Made by a program: the position numbers and the translations under genes
The notes under the pieces: model-generated
Told to the model about the DNA's origin: nothing
Databases searched by the model: none
Seen by the model: the letters and a program-made list of their open reading frames with translations, nothing else
From: Chromera velia
Lineage: Eukaryota
Assembly (NCBI GenBank): GCA_018398765.1
Contig: JAHBMJ010000041.1
Coordinates: 1 to 58,051, forward strand
Direction of reading: 5' to 3'
DNA length: 58,051 nt
In this document: positions 29,914-48,103 of the stretch, piece after piece
Layout: the number at the start of each line of letters is the position of its first letter
Numbering within the stretch: the first letter of the stretch is position 1

Positions 29914-30323
29914 TTTTTCTCTCTCTAGTCGGTTTCTCTTTTGCTATTGGAGTCAGCAGCTGGACCAAGTGTACATGTGCTGAGTCGCACGACAGTCACT
30001 GAGCAAGTGGATGAGTGAAGCAGGGAGGCAAGCGGCTATACTCGTGCGTATAAACAAGGACGTCCAGATCGATTAGCCGGCTCAACCCCAAGAGTCTTGA
30101 GCGGTCGTCAGAAACTCATGCAAAACTGGAGGAAAGACACAGCTGTGTTCTTGTGTGTCCTTGATCAGGAGGTATAAAAGGCAGAGGAGGTTGCCGTTAG
30201 ATCTGTACGTCGGCTTTGGATGCTTCGATGTATACATATATACATATATATGTAACATGCGGGGAAGAATGAAGACATCAGACGTCTGCATGCACACATA
30301 TGATCGATGCGAGTTCGAAGGAT

Positions 30324-30354
<31 letters not shown>

Positions 30355-30847
30355 TAAGATCGATATATTAAATATAATTAAATTATATGAGCAACTAAAC
30401 CCGAAATTAAAAAAAAAATCCGAAAAATTACGTACAAGAAGCTGCATCTGTATTGGATAGTAAAATTTTAGTCCACGCATCTGTATCGGTTAACTTGTGC
30501 AAGCTGTGGCGGACTCCTGACGTCGCCGCCCCACCTTGTTCTTGCAGAAGGCTTTCGAAAAATGACTTGAGGGTTCATGTATGCATAGCACATCCCAACA
30601 TACCGGCTGTAACCGGCTGTTAGTTCGCTCGATAACAGGTGTTCTGCCTAGGTCTGTTTCACAACATTTTAAACAATAAAAAAATTGAGAGTCTGACAAA
30701 TCATTAGAAAAACAGTAACTATGATGCTAAATTTTATAACCGATCATTAGAGTGCATTATTGAACACTTTGACTCATTGTTTATCACTCATAAGACTACA
30801 TAAGAGCTCATAAAAACTATAAAAGAATTAGCAGCAAAGAGAACAAA

Positions 30848-31545
30848 ATTCTTAAGCACAAAACTTTTCACTATTTTTAGCTAGACCTTTAGTATATTTT
30901 CATTACTTTGGGGACCTCCTTATTAAGCTTTTAAAAAACAAATCACATACCAATATATCCAGACTATCTCAGATTGGCAATCAGAGTCATTTAATAACAA
31001 TTATAATTGTGAATGTGCAAAAATTAAAAGTTTTGTTAGACAAAAAATGATTTTTTTTCGTTTCTGAACCTCCCTCTCTCAATCTATCTTCAAAAAAAAA
31101 AATTAAAGAAAGAAAGACATACCCTTACATTATCTAGTCAAAATATATGGCCGACCATTAGAATAATTAAACACTGACACTTTGGAGTATTTTTTTTTAT
31201 CATGTATAAAAACGTAAAGAATGAGCAGGATCCAGAATGATAATTTTTGGATAAATTCCGGAATAATATAAATTAATTCTTAAGCACCAAAATCGAACCA
31301 ATTCAATACAGACCCCCGTTTAATACAAAACAAATTTCAGTATTTTTGGCTGGATTTTTAGTACATATCTTTTTTCACCACTTTTTAGACTGCTTTATTG
31401 AGCTTTTGAATAACAAATTACATACCAATCTATATAGATACCAAAACACTCAGACTATTACGCAATATTATGCAGACTATCTCGGATTGGCAATCAGGGT
31501 CGTTCGATTATAATTGTAAAGCACAAAAAAGTTTTGTTAGACACA
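30848..31545. repeat. Degenerate AT-rich direct repeat (probable transposon interior)
   Basis: ttcttaagcac at ~30849 and ~31277; agactatctc(a/g)gattggcaatcag at 30961 and ~31475; aaaagttttgttagaca at ~31026 and ~31527. Confidence 0.6.
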
Positions 31546-31559
31546 TATTTATTTATTTT

Positions 31560-31887
31560 TGATCAATCTTAGAGTTGATGATTTTGGTAGAGTCCACCGT
31601 CGGTCCTTTAGCGAACAGTACGTGCATAGCAGGACTGTCTCGGCTGTTGGAAGAGAACTAATCATACTAGAACATTCTTAGTTTGTGAATAGTTTTGGGG
31701 ACATTCTCGAATGGGGAAGAGATAAGTTGCTTAATGGTGCTTTTTACAATTCAATCAGTCTACATCTGTTCGTACACTGGTCTAAGCACTGGTATATTAA
31801 TTTTGGGAGCTGTAATCGGCTGCAATTGTATGAGAACACACACATACACACACACACACACACATATATACACACACATACACACAT

Positions 31888-31959
<72 letters not shown>

Positions 31960-32332
31960 ACACATGCACATGCATACGCACATGCACACGCATATGCACA
32001 CACACATGCACACGCATACATATACAGCTATATTCTCAAACGCATCCACACAGAGATACATACACGCATACAAATATTTGCATATTCACGCACACACGCA
32101 TTCACGAAAAGATGATCTGAAAATCTAAAAAGTCGGTTCTGCTTAGATTCAATCCACTCTTTTCTAGACTCTTTTTCTCTTTGTGTACCATTAAAACCGG
32201 TTTTTCAGTACACTCTCAGAGTCTCTGTCTCGTTTGCTTCAGCCATATTCCTGAAAGTGCGTGAAAGTGCTCACTCATGCATGCTTTCTCTCTCTCTCTC
32301 TCACACACACACACATACATACATACACACAC

Positions 32333-32363
<31 letters not shown>

Positions 32364-32946
32364 TACATATACACACATACATGTACATACACATATATGT
32401 ACACACACATACATGTACACACACATACACGTATACACACATACGCACAGAGAGACACACACGGGGAGACTCACAAACGGTCATATACATACTTATACAC
32501 ATAGTCACATATACATGCACAGACACACAATAGATTAGAGGAGCCATACTCAGACTACGCAGCTACTAGACACAGGTATTCTATGCTTCTCACCTGTTTT
32601 TTTCTCCTTAGGAAGCGAAAGTTGGCGAGGAATTAAGGCAAAAAGAGCTGCTTCAAAGCAGAAATCGAAACTCCCTCTATCTCTGTACTATTCATTTGCC
32701 CAGCAGTATGTATAAGTTCTTTTCGAATCACCAATGTGAATACTGTGAATGTAAGACCGAATGATTTGGTTCCTCTTTTCTTGAATGGAAAATGGTACCC
32801 GTTTGTTTGTGTGTCTGTCTGTTTGCTTTGTAAGCCGTCACAGCTTGCGTTACACAATGAGCCATCGAATGTGAAAGGTGGACAATTAAGTGGCTCTTCT
32901 GTTTTGAAGGAAACGTCTGACCTTGATTTTGGTGCATTCGTTTCTG
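31560..32946 (-). pseudogene. Possible decayed intron-containing gene of unknown family
   Basis: Exon-like segments follow CAG acceptors (~32945, ~32250, ~31820), separated by (TG)n/(TATG)n introns; reading frames are broken by TAG/TGA. No recognisable domain. Confidence 0.3.
31836..32530. repeat. (CA)n/(CATA)n microsatellite blocks
   Basis: Two arrays at ~31836-32100 and ~32285-32530; source of the spurious HT and VC ORFs. Confidence 0.95.
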
Positions 32947-35616
32947 CAGAACCCAAGAAACCAAGTCTATAGGGATTGCTCTGCTCGAGCCACGGTCCTA
33001 CTAGGCCACGGTCTCATCTCAGCTTGATCTGGCTCTGACATTAGATTAAGCAGCTTTCACATCCTTATAATCAGCACAATTAATCGCTCCTTCTCGTAGC
33101 CCAGGAGTTTTTCCACGCCGAAGAAAAGATTATACATTCATGAATGCGAAGTAGGATATGAACTAGGTGCCAAGACCTTAAAGCCATACGCCACTCTCCA
33201 CACTTGAATGTCAATCTGACGAGAAATATGATCTCATGTCACTGCTAAGATGGAAACAAAGCTAGAAAGAAGCTGCATCACATCACATCCATGATTGCAT
33301 GGAGAGATCGATCAATCAATATACAGTTTGCATGCACGAAATGAGTGGCCCCGGAAAGACAGAAATCAAATACAGACTGAATTAAAAATATGCCCCTCAA
33401 GTGAGATCAAGGTCGGTTTCAGTATGCAACACGCCGAACATGGATAGTTCGCACAGATCACGTAGAGATTGGTAAAAATGGCGTTATAGATGGAGGCAAG
33501 TTGCTAATTAGAAAATCATATTGCGGCATTAAGTCATGATTAAGGCATCCACCTTCGGGGTTGTTTGCAAAGCATTTTAAGGCACTCACCTTTTTAATTC
33601 GACCGCTGATTTAGTGAGAGACCAGTTTATACTGACGGAATATACCTAACCAGTTTGATGAGTGCCTCAAGGGGTTATTTAGAGGGTCAGCTAATACTAA
33701 GTCTTGATTGATGCACATCATGCATCAGAGGCTTGGGCATGTCTTATATGCTGCCATATATGGGGCGGGGGCTACGACAACGCGCGTGAAGTATGCTTTT
33801 TGGGACCGCAAGCACGTCATATATATATATGCAACTCCGTGCGAGTCACTTGAGGGGCACGCGTGCGCAAAATAATTGAGGGATATGTGCGATCACGGCT
33901 CTGTGCGAGTTGTTTGAGGGGCATATTTTGGAATTCGGGCGATACCGACCATGACAGACAGAGACAGAACCAATCCCCCCCCCCCCAAAATGAAAAAATG
34001 TGCTATGCGAGTGCGTGCGATGTCAGGGCCTCTCGGCTGATCTCAGCAAAGCTGAGCTGCCCCCCAAGGCGACTTATACTAACCGACTGACAGATGTATG
34101 TATGAGCCAGCTACTGCTATATATTAATCGATATATCGACATAATTTCAATTGTTTGCGCGCAAAGCAAGTGTGGGAATTAAGTTTGTGTCCAGAGAGCA
34201 TGCAGCTCAGGGAAATCTAAGTATATCTAAGACGCCCTGAGAAATATCGGAAGTTCACATAAGAATTCTGCATATACACATGATTTTCAAGTACCCCTGC
34301 CTGAGAGCACACCCAATACGGCATTCGCTCAACGGTGAAGGTATCTCTGTATATACCTCTGTAATATTGATATTTTTAGCCATACTGTATCATACTGATC
34401 ATGACGTATCGTGGCATTAAGCTTATACACACAGAAAAATTAAACAAAAGCCAGATTTACACATTTCGCACGTGCATACATCCGAATTGCGTTTTAATGG
34501 ATGACAGACTGAATTAAAAAAAAAAAAAGTATATGTAGTACGGGTTTAATACTAGGTTTAATAGGCTTTGACAAGCCCCGAATGTTCCTTTTTAAAAGAA
34601 AAAAAAATAATTGAATTAAATAGAATTAAAATCACTAAAAATGTGATTACTAAAAATCTGTCTTAATATGAATTTAGAGTAATTTTAGACTTAATCACAG
34701 GATTGATATAGAGGCTAGTATAGAGGAATAAAAATTACCATAGCCTTTCTCTACTTGCTTCTACCTGTCTCTGATTTTTGATCCCGAAAAAGTGATAAAA
34801 AAATGTTGAACCTTGACGAGCGCATACCGATGGGTCAATCAAGGGGCCACGCTCATGCACGCCCCGCCCCCGGCCAGGTCGTCGGTCTAGTCGTCAGTCC
34901 CGATGTCGGACGTTGCACCGGCTGCTATGCGTACCGGCCGCCTCCGGGTGCCTGTGATATATGGCCCCGAGTCACTTAATTAAATAACATTTCAAGAAAA
35001 GACTTGAGAGCAGCCCTTAGCTGCCCTAACGGGCAGCCAGGTTGACCCGGGGGCGCCTCTTGGCCCCCAGCTACATTAAAAAGCATGCACGCTAGTGCCC
35101 ACATTACCCCGGGCTACGTATATCTCTACCTCATAGACAAGGGCTTGGCTCCCACTTAGTTCCCCATATTAGGCTCATAACAAAAGAAAAAAAAAAAAGA
35201 AAATTTGGCTAAAAGCCTATAATTATAGTTTTTTTTTTAATTTTTGATTTTTTAGAACACCAAATAAACAATTGTTATTTGGAGTGTTAACGTACTACTA
35301 ATTGCATGGGTGTTACACAATGTATAAGTATTGCTGGAAGTGTTGTTTTTTAAAAAAATAAAAAATCAATTTTATATTTTTTCCCCCTATAGAGCGCCTA
35401 GGACAAGGGCGGGGATTCCGCTGGGGAAGACATCACCATTAATTATTTTGAATAGTACAGCTGAATGAAAACGCTGTCACTCATGACTCGTTAGCATTCT
35501 CATCTTTAGCATGTATACTTTTTTTCTAGACTTTTTTGCTAGCTTTTTTGGCTCTAGTTTTGGCTTTTAAGTTGTTGGAATTCGCCCAGAGTCTACACCA
35601 ATCCTGTAGGGTTACA

Positions 35617-35853
35617 AACCTCCCTGAACCTAAGTGCCACTTAAAAAAATATAATCAAGATGATCTCTATCTGCGGCATCGTTTTTCAAGAAACCGTCCA
35701 TGCCTGCTGTGTAGATGGTTAAAACACCGTCTAGATATACGGCTTTGGCTTTTAAAACATCGTAAATGATCTGCGCCTACGGCACGGACTTTCAAGCTTA
35801 ATATCTAAAAATGCGGCTTAAACTTTCAAGTGGTAGTTAGGTTCAGGGAGGTC
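35617..35853 (+). mobile_element. MITE, 237 bp, ~29-bp TIRs, 8-bp TSD
   Basis: TIRs aacctccctgaacctaagtgccacttaaaa / tttcaagtggtagttaggttcagggaggtc; perfect TSD GGGTTACA at 35609-35616 and 35854-35861. Confidence 0.92.
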
Positions 35854-35937
35854 GGGTTACACAATCATTTTTTTCAAAATGTTTTGTTAAACATTGTTTT
35901 ATTACACATTTTAATAGAATTTTGATGAATGAATTAG

Positions 35938-36062
35938 TATACACTTTAGTGTGCATTAATTCATGCAAACTATCATTTTTAGGAATGCATTAAGTACACA
36001 CTTTAGTGTGCATTAATTCAAACTATCACTTTTAGGAATGCATTATCACACACTTTAGTGTG
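35938..36062. repeat. Short tandem minisatellite (~55-bp unit, about 2.3 copies)
   Basis: acactttagtgtgcattaattca...aaactatca.ttttaggaatgcatta is repeated. Confidence 0.8.
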
Positions 36063-36266
36063 TTGTCTTCTTTTTTTTCTTCAGGACGGTTTGAGGGTAC
36101 TACTTTTGGAGTAATGGTGTCGTCATCAATGTGGCAAGGACAATTTTTGAGCACTGGAGGCAAGAGTAAAAAGAGCAAAGACGGCCTTTAGATGGGAGTA
36201 AAGGGGTAGCCATGAGAGAGACGGTAGATTTGTCTAAAATTATTGTACACTAATTATTATACATAT

Positions 36267-37145
36267 CACTGGGTTAACTCAAGCTGTGTTTGAATAATGA
36301 TTACCCAATGCCAATAGTCACTCTATTCATTTCTAATCATTAGTCAGATATTATGTAAATCAATAATCATTAGATGAATATAATGATTCTTTTGCGATAA
36401 TGATTATTTATTTATTGAAGATCTGCTTACTGATTAGAGATAAATATAGTGACTATTCATTTAAGGAAATCATTATGCGTAACGTTGACTTCACCACCAT
36501 ATGGTAATCATTATGATTCACATTGGTCATTATCTTAATCATCATTAACCAGTTTAGGCTTTCAACCTTTGACAAAAGAAACGTTCGATCGACACCTTTT
36601 CCTCAAAAGAGAAAGCCTGAGCACACACACGTAAACGCATATACACAGAAATAAACTATATGCAGCTTCAGGCTTTCCAGTGGCACTGCATGAAAAACTT
36701 TACGCTTTTGCACACTTTCAAAATCCACATACTGTGGTCCACTCATATAGAGTCACACCGGGAAGGAAAGAAGACAGGATGGATGGAAGAGAGGGAGGAA
36801 AGGAAGGAAGACAAGAAGAAAGTGAGGAAAAACAGAAAAAAAAAATGAGAAGAAGCAAGAAAGGAAGGAAGGAAAGAAAGAAAGAAAGAAAGAAGAAATG
36901 AACGAAGGGGGAACGCAAGAAAAAAGGAACAGAGGGAGAAAGAAAGGAGAAAAGGAGGGAATTTAAAGAAGGGAAGATCCCATCTGAAAGGAAGGAAGGA
37001 AGAAAGGAAGGGAGGGAAGGAAGGAAGGAAGGAAGGAAGGAAGGGAAGGAAGGAAGGAAGGAAGGGAAGGAAGGAACAAACTTAAAGGAAGGGAAGGAAG
37101 GAAGGAAGTCTCTCTTTCTCTCTCTCTTTCTCTTTCTCTCTTTCC

Positions 37146-37189
<44 letters not shown>

Positions 37190-39820
37190 CTCTCTCTTTT
37201 TCTCCCTCTCTTTCTCCCTTCCTCCCAAGCCTTCCTCCTTCCCTCTCCCTCCCTCTCCCTCCCTCTCTTTCTTTCTCTCTCTCCCTCTCTTTTTCTTTCT
37301 TTCTCTTCCTCTTTTTTAAATTTTCTCTCTCCCTGTCCCTCTAGCTCCCTCTCCCTGTCCCTCTCCCGCTTCCACTTCCGCTTCCTCTACGCTCCCTCTC
37401 CCTCTCTGCGTTTCTAAAAACTTACTCATACGGATGGGAGGACTCCGCCGAGCCTGAGTGTCGTCTTGTACCGTCTCCTAAGTGTCGTATACTGCGAGAA
37501 AGACAAAAGAAGTTGCGTGGCTATAGATTGATACGTATTTATAAAAAACATGTTGTGAATAATGATTATTCTAATTAGATATTTGTTATGGACGGATAAT
37601 GATTGTTCTGATTAGGTACTTCTCATAATTATTATGCCTTTCTCTAAAAAAATGTCAGTAGTCATTGAATGAATGAATGAATGAAGTTGGCTTTGCTAGA
37701 GTGGAGCCGTGCTCCCAGTAGCCCATGTTCATGCAAGAGATTGTCAATCACTCAACTCTAGAGATAAGGCTAAGCGCGAGATCCCCTGAAGTGCTCGCTT
37801 GGTGAGCTCACGAGCAGCATGCATGTTGGAGGTTGGAATATAAGACTCGAACAGAAGAAGAAAAGGTCGCGTTCATACAGAGACAGGCGTGCACAGTGAG
37901 TAACAAAGATCGCAAACGGCTCTGCATGCTTCATACGGATCGACTTGTAAAGCCAAAAGCAACATCTTCCTCGCTTCTGTTTCAGCTGTATCCGATCCCT
38001 CAATTCCTTCTCTCTGAATCCTTTGCTTCATTTTCTTTCCCTCTACTACTTTGTTTAGTTTATTTCTTGCTTCTACCCAATTGGAGCATACTGAAAGCCA
38101 GTGCCAGAGATTATCAATTTTTCTTCCATTTGAACAACCCTCTGCCAGATAAAACACCTCTCCCGGATAGTTGGCCCCCCCCGTCAGACCCTTCCGATTT
38201 AGTATTAATGCCCTTAGGAGTGGCTCAATCTTCTCACATAAGGCATTTCTCGGCAGACAGGACATCCGTACCTTGGGGCCATTCTTTGAAGACAAAAGAA
38301 ATAGAAAGGAACGTAAAGAAGACGGAAGAGCTCTCTGTAGTCCTAATAAAGAGGCAGACAGGGGGAAGTTGCCCCTTTCTTCCCTGTCTCCCCTTTTCAT
38401 GCATTCTATTCCCTAAGTATCCTTAATTTTGGCAGAAACAAACAAATTCCCCTTCGGGGCCCGTCTTTCTGAGCTCCGGACAGGGAGAGACGTCAAAAAG
38501 TCAAGGCTTGCCCATCTGAACAGACCATTGATGGCTCGTCTTTGCTTCTGCCCCGCTGGTCCCTTCCATGAATTCAAAAGACCCTAAGGAATACAGAGAT
38601 GCAAACGGCTAAGTGCAATCCAAAATGAAGCAAAACGAGTACACAAGAGCACGCGGGCAGACATTAAATTAACAGACAAAAGAGAGGGTACACATAAACT
38701 CCTAAACGGAAGTCGGGCTGCCCATCAAACAAACCGGAGCCGCAAGTTGTTAATCGCCTCCCAGTCTCCCTGTCTTATCGAAAAGCACTCCAGGCTATAG
38801 AGTGCCACCGGCTCCCAGCACGCCTTCAGCAGCTGCATCTTTCCCCCGAGAGACAACCCAGACAGACTCGCAGCCAGACCAATCACCGCCCCCATTGCAC
38901 GCTCTGCACTGCATAGGCGTGCTTCAATCGACCAAGTCAAATCCCCTCCCTCAAACAGAAGGCAACCCAAATATTTGTATTGATCACACCAGTCTACTTC
39001 CTTCCCTTGATACAAAATCATGCCGTTATAGTCCTCGCGGTATTCACAAAGGCACAGGACCTTGGTTTTCTTCAGATTAACATTTAACCCCCACTTTCCG
39101 CAATACCCCTCCAGGGCATCGAATTTTGCTTGGAGGTCGGCTGCTGAGTGTGTAAACAAGACAAGATCATCAGCGTAGCCTATACTTCCCAAACTGGCCC
39201 CAGCAAGGTGAACCCCCTCCGTTTCCTTTCCATCTCCCCGTTTTCCTTTCTGAATCTCATCATGCAGGTCATTAATGAATAATAGAAAAAGCGACGGGGA
39301 CAACATATCACCTTGCTTAACCCCTGCCCTCTCCGGGAATAGAGCCGAGTCCCCATCGACTCTCGCTTTCACGCTTCTATACATTGATGCAATCATCAAC
39401 AGATCTCTCTTCTCTATTCCTTCAGCTTGCAGCTTTGCCAGAAACTTCAGCCGAGGGATGGAGTCAAACGCCTTTGAGAAGTCGACAAATCCGTCCAGGA
39501 GCCCCTTCTTGCCTCTTCTGCATTCTTGTACCAAGCCTACCACTGCTCCGATCCCCTCTCTTGTGCCCACCCCTTTCCTAAACCCGATCTGTCTGTCGTC
39601 AAAACAAGCTTGCTGACGGATTCTATCATCCATAATGAGACCAAAGAGCTTTGCAAGGGGGTTAATAACATAGACTGGACGCCAGTCATTCGGCTGTGGC
39701 GAAGGAGGACCTTTCGGGACGGGTACGATTCTCAACAAATTATTAAAATTATTTAATGACCTACTAATGATTATTGCTTTACCTTAATGAGTCACTAATC
39801 ATTAGTGAGTTAACCCAGTG
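36267..39820. mobile_element. Non-autonomous DNA transposon with CACTG termini (CACTA/EnSpm-like) carrying a LINE insertion
   Basis: TIRs CACTGGGTTAACTCA (36267) / TGAGTTAACCCAGTG (ends 39820), flanked by AT on both sides; many subterminal aatgatta/taatcatt motifs near both ends. Confidence 0.65.
37664..39755 (-). mobile_element. 5'-truncated CR1/L2-like LINE: reverse transcriptase plus C-terminal region
   Basis: ORF 39738-38725 has RT motifs PVPKG...NDWRPV, QIGFRKG, FVDFSKAFDSI, GVKQGDMLSPSLF, YADDLVL, NLKKTK, YKYLG. Downstream degenerate ...DNLWHWLSVC knuckle and a (TTCA)n tail at ~37665-37685. Confidence 0.92.
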
Positions 39821-39891
39821 ATGCACTTTTATGTATAACAACTTGAAGGGGGGAGTCACGGATAATTGTTACATAATTAACTTTGTGTAAC

Positions 39892-40131
39892 CTAGGCCGT
39901 GCACTAGATAAAAAAAGAAAAAAAAACTAAAAACTTTTTTTTTAATCGATTTTTTTTTATTTATCAGCCCCTTAACTACACAAACAACTGTTGTTTAAGT
40001 ATTGTTTGAGTGTTGCAGGGAGTGTTGCATAAAAAACAACTGTTGTTTGGTGGATAGATAAATAAAAAAATAAAAAACTAGTAAAACTTTTTTTTTTCTT
40101 TCTTTTTTTATTTAGCTAGTGCAGGGCCTAG
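39892..40131. mobile_element. MITE, 240 bp, 8-bp TSD
   Basis: TIRs CTAGGCCGTGCACTAG / CTAGTGCAGGGCCTAG with a palindromic A/T-rich interior; perfect TSD TGTGTAAC at 39884-39891 and 40132-40139. Confidence 0.88.
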
Positions 40132-40422
40132 TGTGTAACACTACTGGATTGGTATAGTCCAGACGTCTTTGACACTCATTCCTAGACTCATTCACTAGTC
40201 ATCGCATTTTAAAGCCATTTTTACTACTAATTAAGTATAAAAAATAATATAAAAACGATTATATAGTACGAGACTAGGTACGAAATTTTTTTTTCTAAAA
40301 AGTCCCCATAATAGTCTGCATCTTCACCTATCTGCAATTAACAGTGAATTTTATTCACTGTTCATTTGACTATATTTGAATGATGATCCTCGTTTTGTAT
40401 GTCTAGCTGCGCATCGAACCAG

Positions 40423-40490
40423 CCGAACGCCAGACGCTCATTTATGGGCCGATAACGATGCCGAATCTAGTGCTGAATGATAATGATGAT
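40423..40490 (+). mobile_element. Very short 3' end of the RTE LINE family with an (ATG)n-like tail
   Basis: The reverse complement matches 48104-48160 (catcg.tatcggcccataa..agcgtct.gcgttcggc). Confidence 0.65.
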
Positions 40491-40599
40491 TTATTTACAA
40501 GTTGGACCCTCGCTGGAGCCTAGGTTAGACCGCAAACGTGCTGGAAACTTCGGGGACATGGCCTGTACACGGCTTTCACTCGAGTGCCACACGGTAACT

Positions 40600-46787
<6,188 letters not shown>

Positions 46788-47493
46788 CAGAAAGGCCCTT
46801 GAGTCAGCGGTTCCTTTGGAAAGGCATTACAGAGGCGGAGGTTGTGGGACACAACAGGAAAGAAGCCGCTGTCGAAGCCAGGAAAAAAAAATGACGAAGC
46901 GAGGTATTTACACGAAAGACGGAAGTTGCAGTATCATCAGATCGCGTTGGTTTTTTTTTTTCTTGAAAACACCGGACTGGTTGTTCCACAAAGATGATGC
47001 AAGCATATGCAAGCGACTCTCGATGCTGCATCATCCTGCCTCCTGGCGGCCTCCAAAATCCTCCAAACTTGTGCACGATTTCGTATGATTTCTGCAATAT
47101 TTCTGCAGCAGACTTGGAGATATTTGGAGACGGCCCGCGAGAGGGGAGAAGATGGGGAGAAGTGGGAGATAGTGGGAGAGATATGGGGAGAATCGGGGAG
47201 ACGGCCGCGCTCTGACGGGGCCATGCAGTGACGGCGCCAGGCGCGGCCCGCGCGGGCCCGTCCCGCAAAGTTGGGCCGCGCGCGCCGGGCGCCGGGGCCG
47301 GGCCCGGCGGTGATACAAAAACCTGCATACATGCATATCGCCGACATTTGACAAGAATGGCTAAAAGTAGCCCAGAAATACCCGGAAAGCGTAGTTGAGG
47401 GGCAGTTACAAAGAGTTGAAATGGTAGCGCATGTATGTGGTGAATGTTCGATTGAAAAATCTGACGTTGTAATGATGTATATGAATTATACTA

Positions 47494-47727
47494 GACCTCC
47501 CTGAACCTAAGTACCACTTAAAAGTTTAAGCCATATTTTTTTATAAGCTTGAAAGTCTACGCTATAGGCGCGGATCATTTATGGTATCTTAAAAGCCACA
47601 GCCACATATCTGAATGGTGTCTTGACCGTATACGCCGCAAGCGTGGACGGTCTTTTAAAAAACGATATCGCAGATAGAAACCATCTTGATTATATTTTTT
47701 CAAGTGGTAGTTAGGTTCAGAGAGGTT
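47494..47727 (-). mobile_element. MITE (same family as 35617-35853, opposite orientation)
   Basis: TIRs gacctccctgaacctaagtaccactt / aagtggtagttaggttcagagaggtt; perfect TSD TTATACTA at 47486-47493 and 47728-47735. Confidence 0.92.
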
Positions 47728-48103
47728 TTATACTATATAGTAATGAATTTATAATTGCATATGTTCTAGCATATTCTGAAAATAGACTAGGAAATAGAGC
47801 TGACTCAGCTGAGACTAGCTTAGACTTACAATACTTAACTATACTTAACAAAACATGAGTGACCTCCCTGAACGTAACTACCACTTGAAAGTTCATGCCG
47901 CATTTTTGGATAAGCTTGAAAGTTTACACCATAGATACAGATACATGCAGATCATTTATGGTGTTTTGAAAGTACTTGAAAGCCAACTTAGCCAAAGCCG
48001 CATATCTGGATGGTGTCTTGACCGTATACGCCGTAGGGCCGCAGGCGTAGACAATCTCTTGAAAATTAAACGATGCCGCAGATACCCTATCGCATTTGGG
48101 AGT

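Noticed and set aside
31685..32547. HT-repeat and VC-repeat ORFs
   Set aside because: Artefacts of (CA)n microsatellites.
32633..32760. HTAGQMNSTEIEG...LK resembling a Merlin/IS1595 transposase motif
   Set aside because: Too short and degenerate, with no other catalytic motifs.
35170..35401. MITE-like palindromic AT-rich segment resembling 39892-40131
   Set aside because: The termini are degenerate and no TSD was found, so it could not be delimited.
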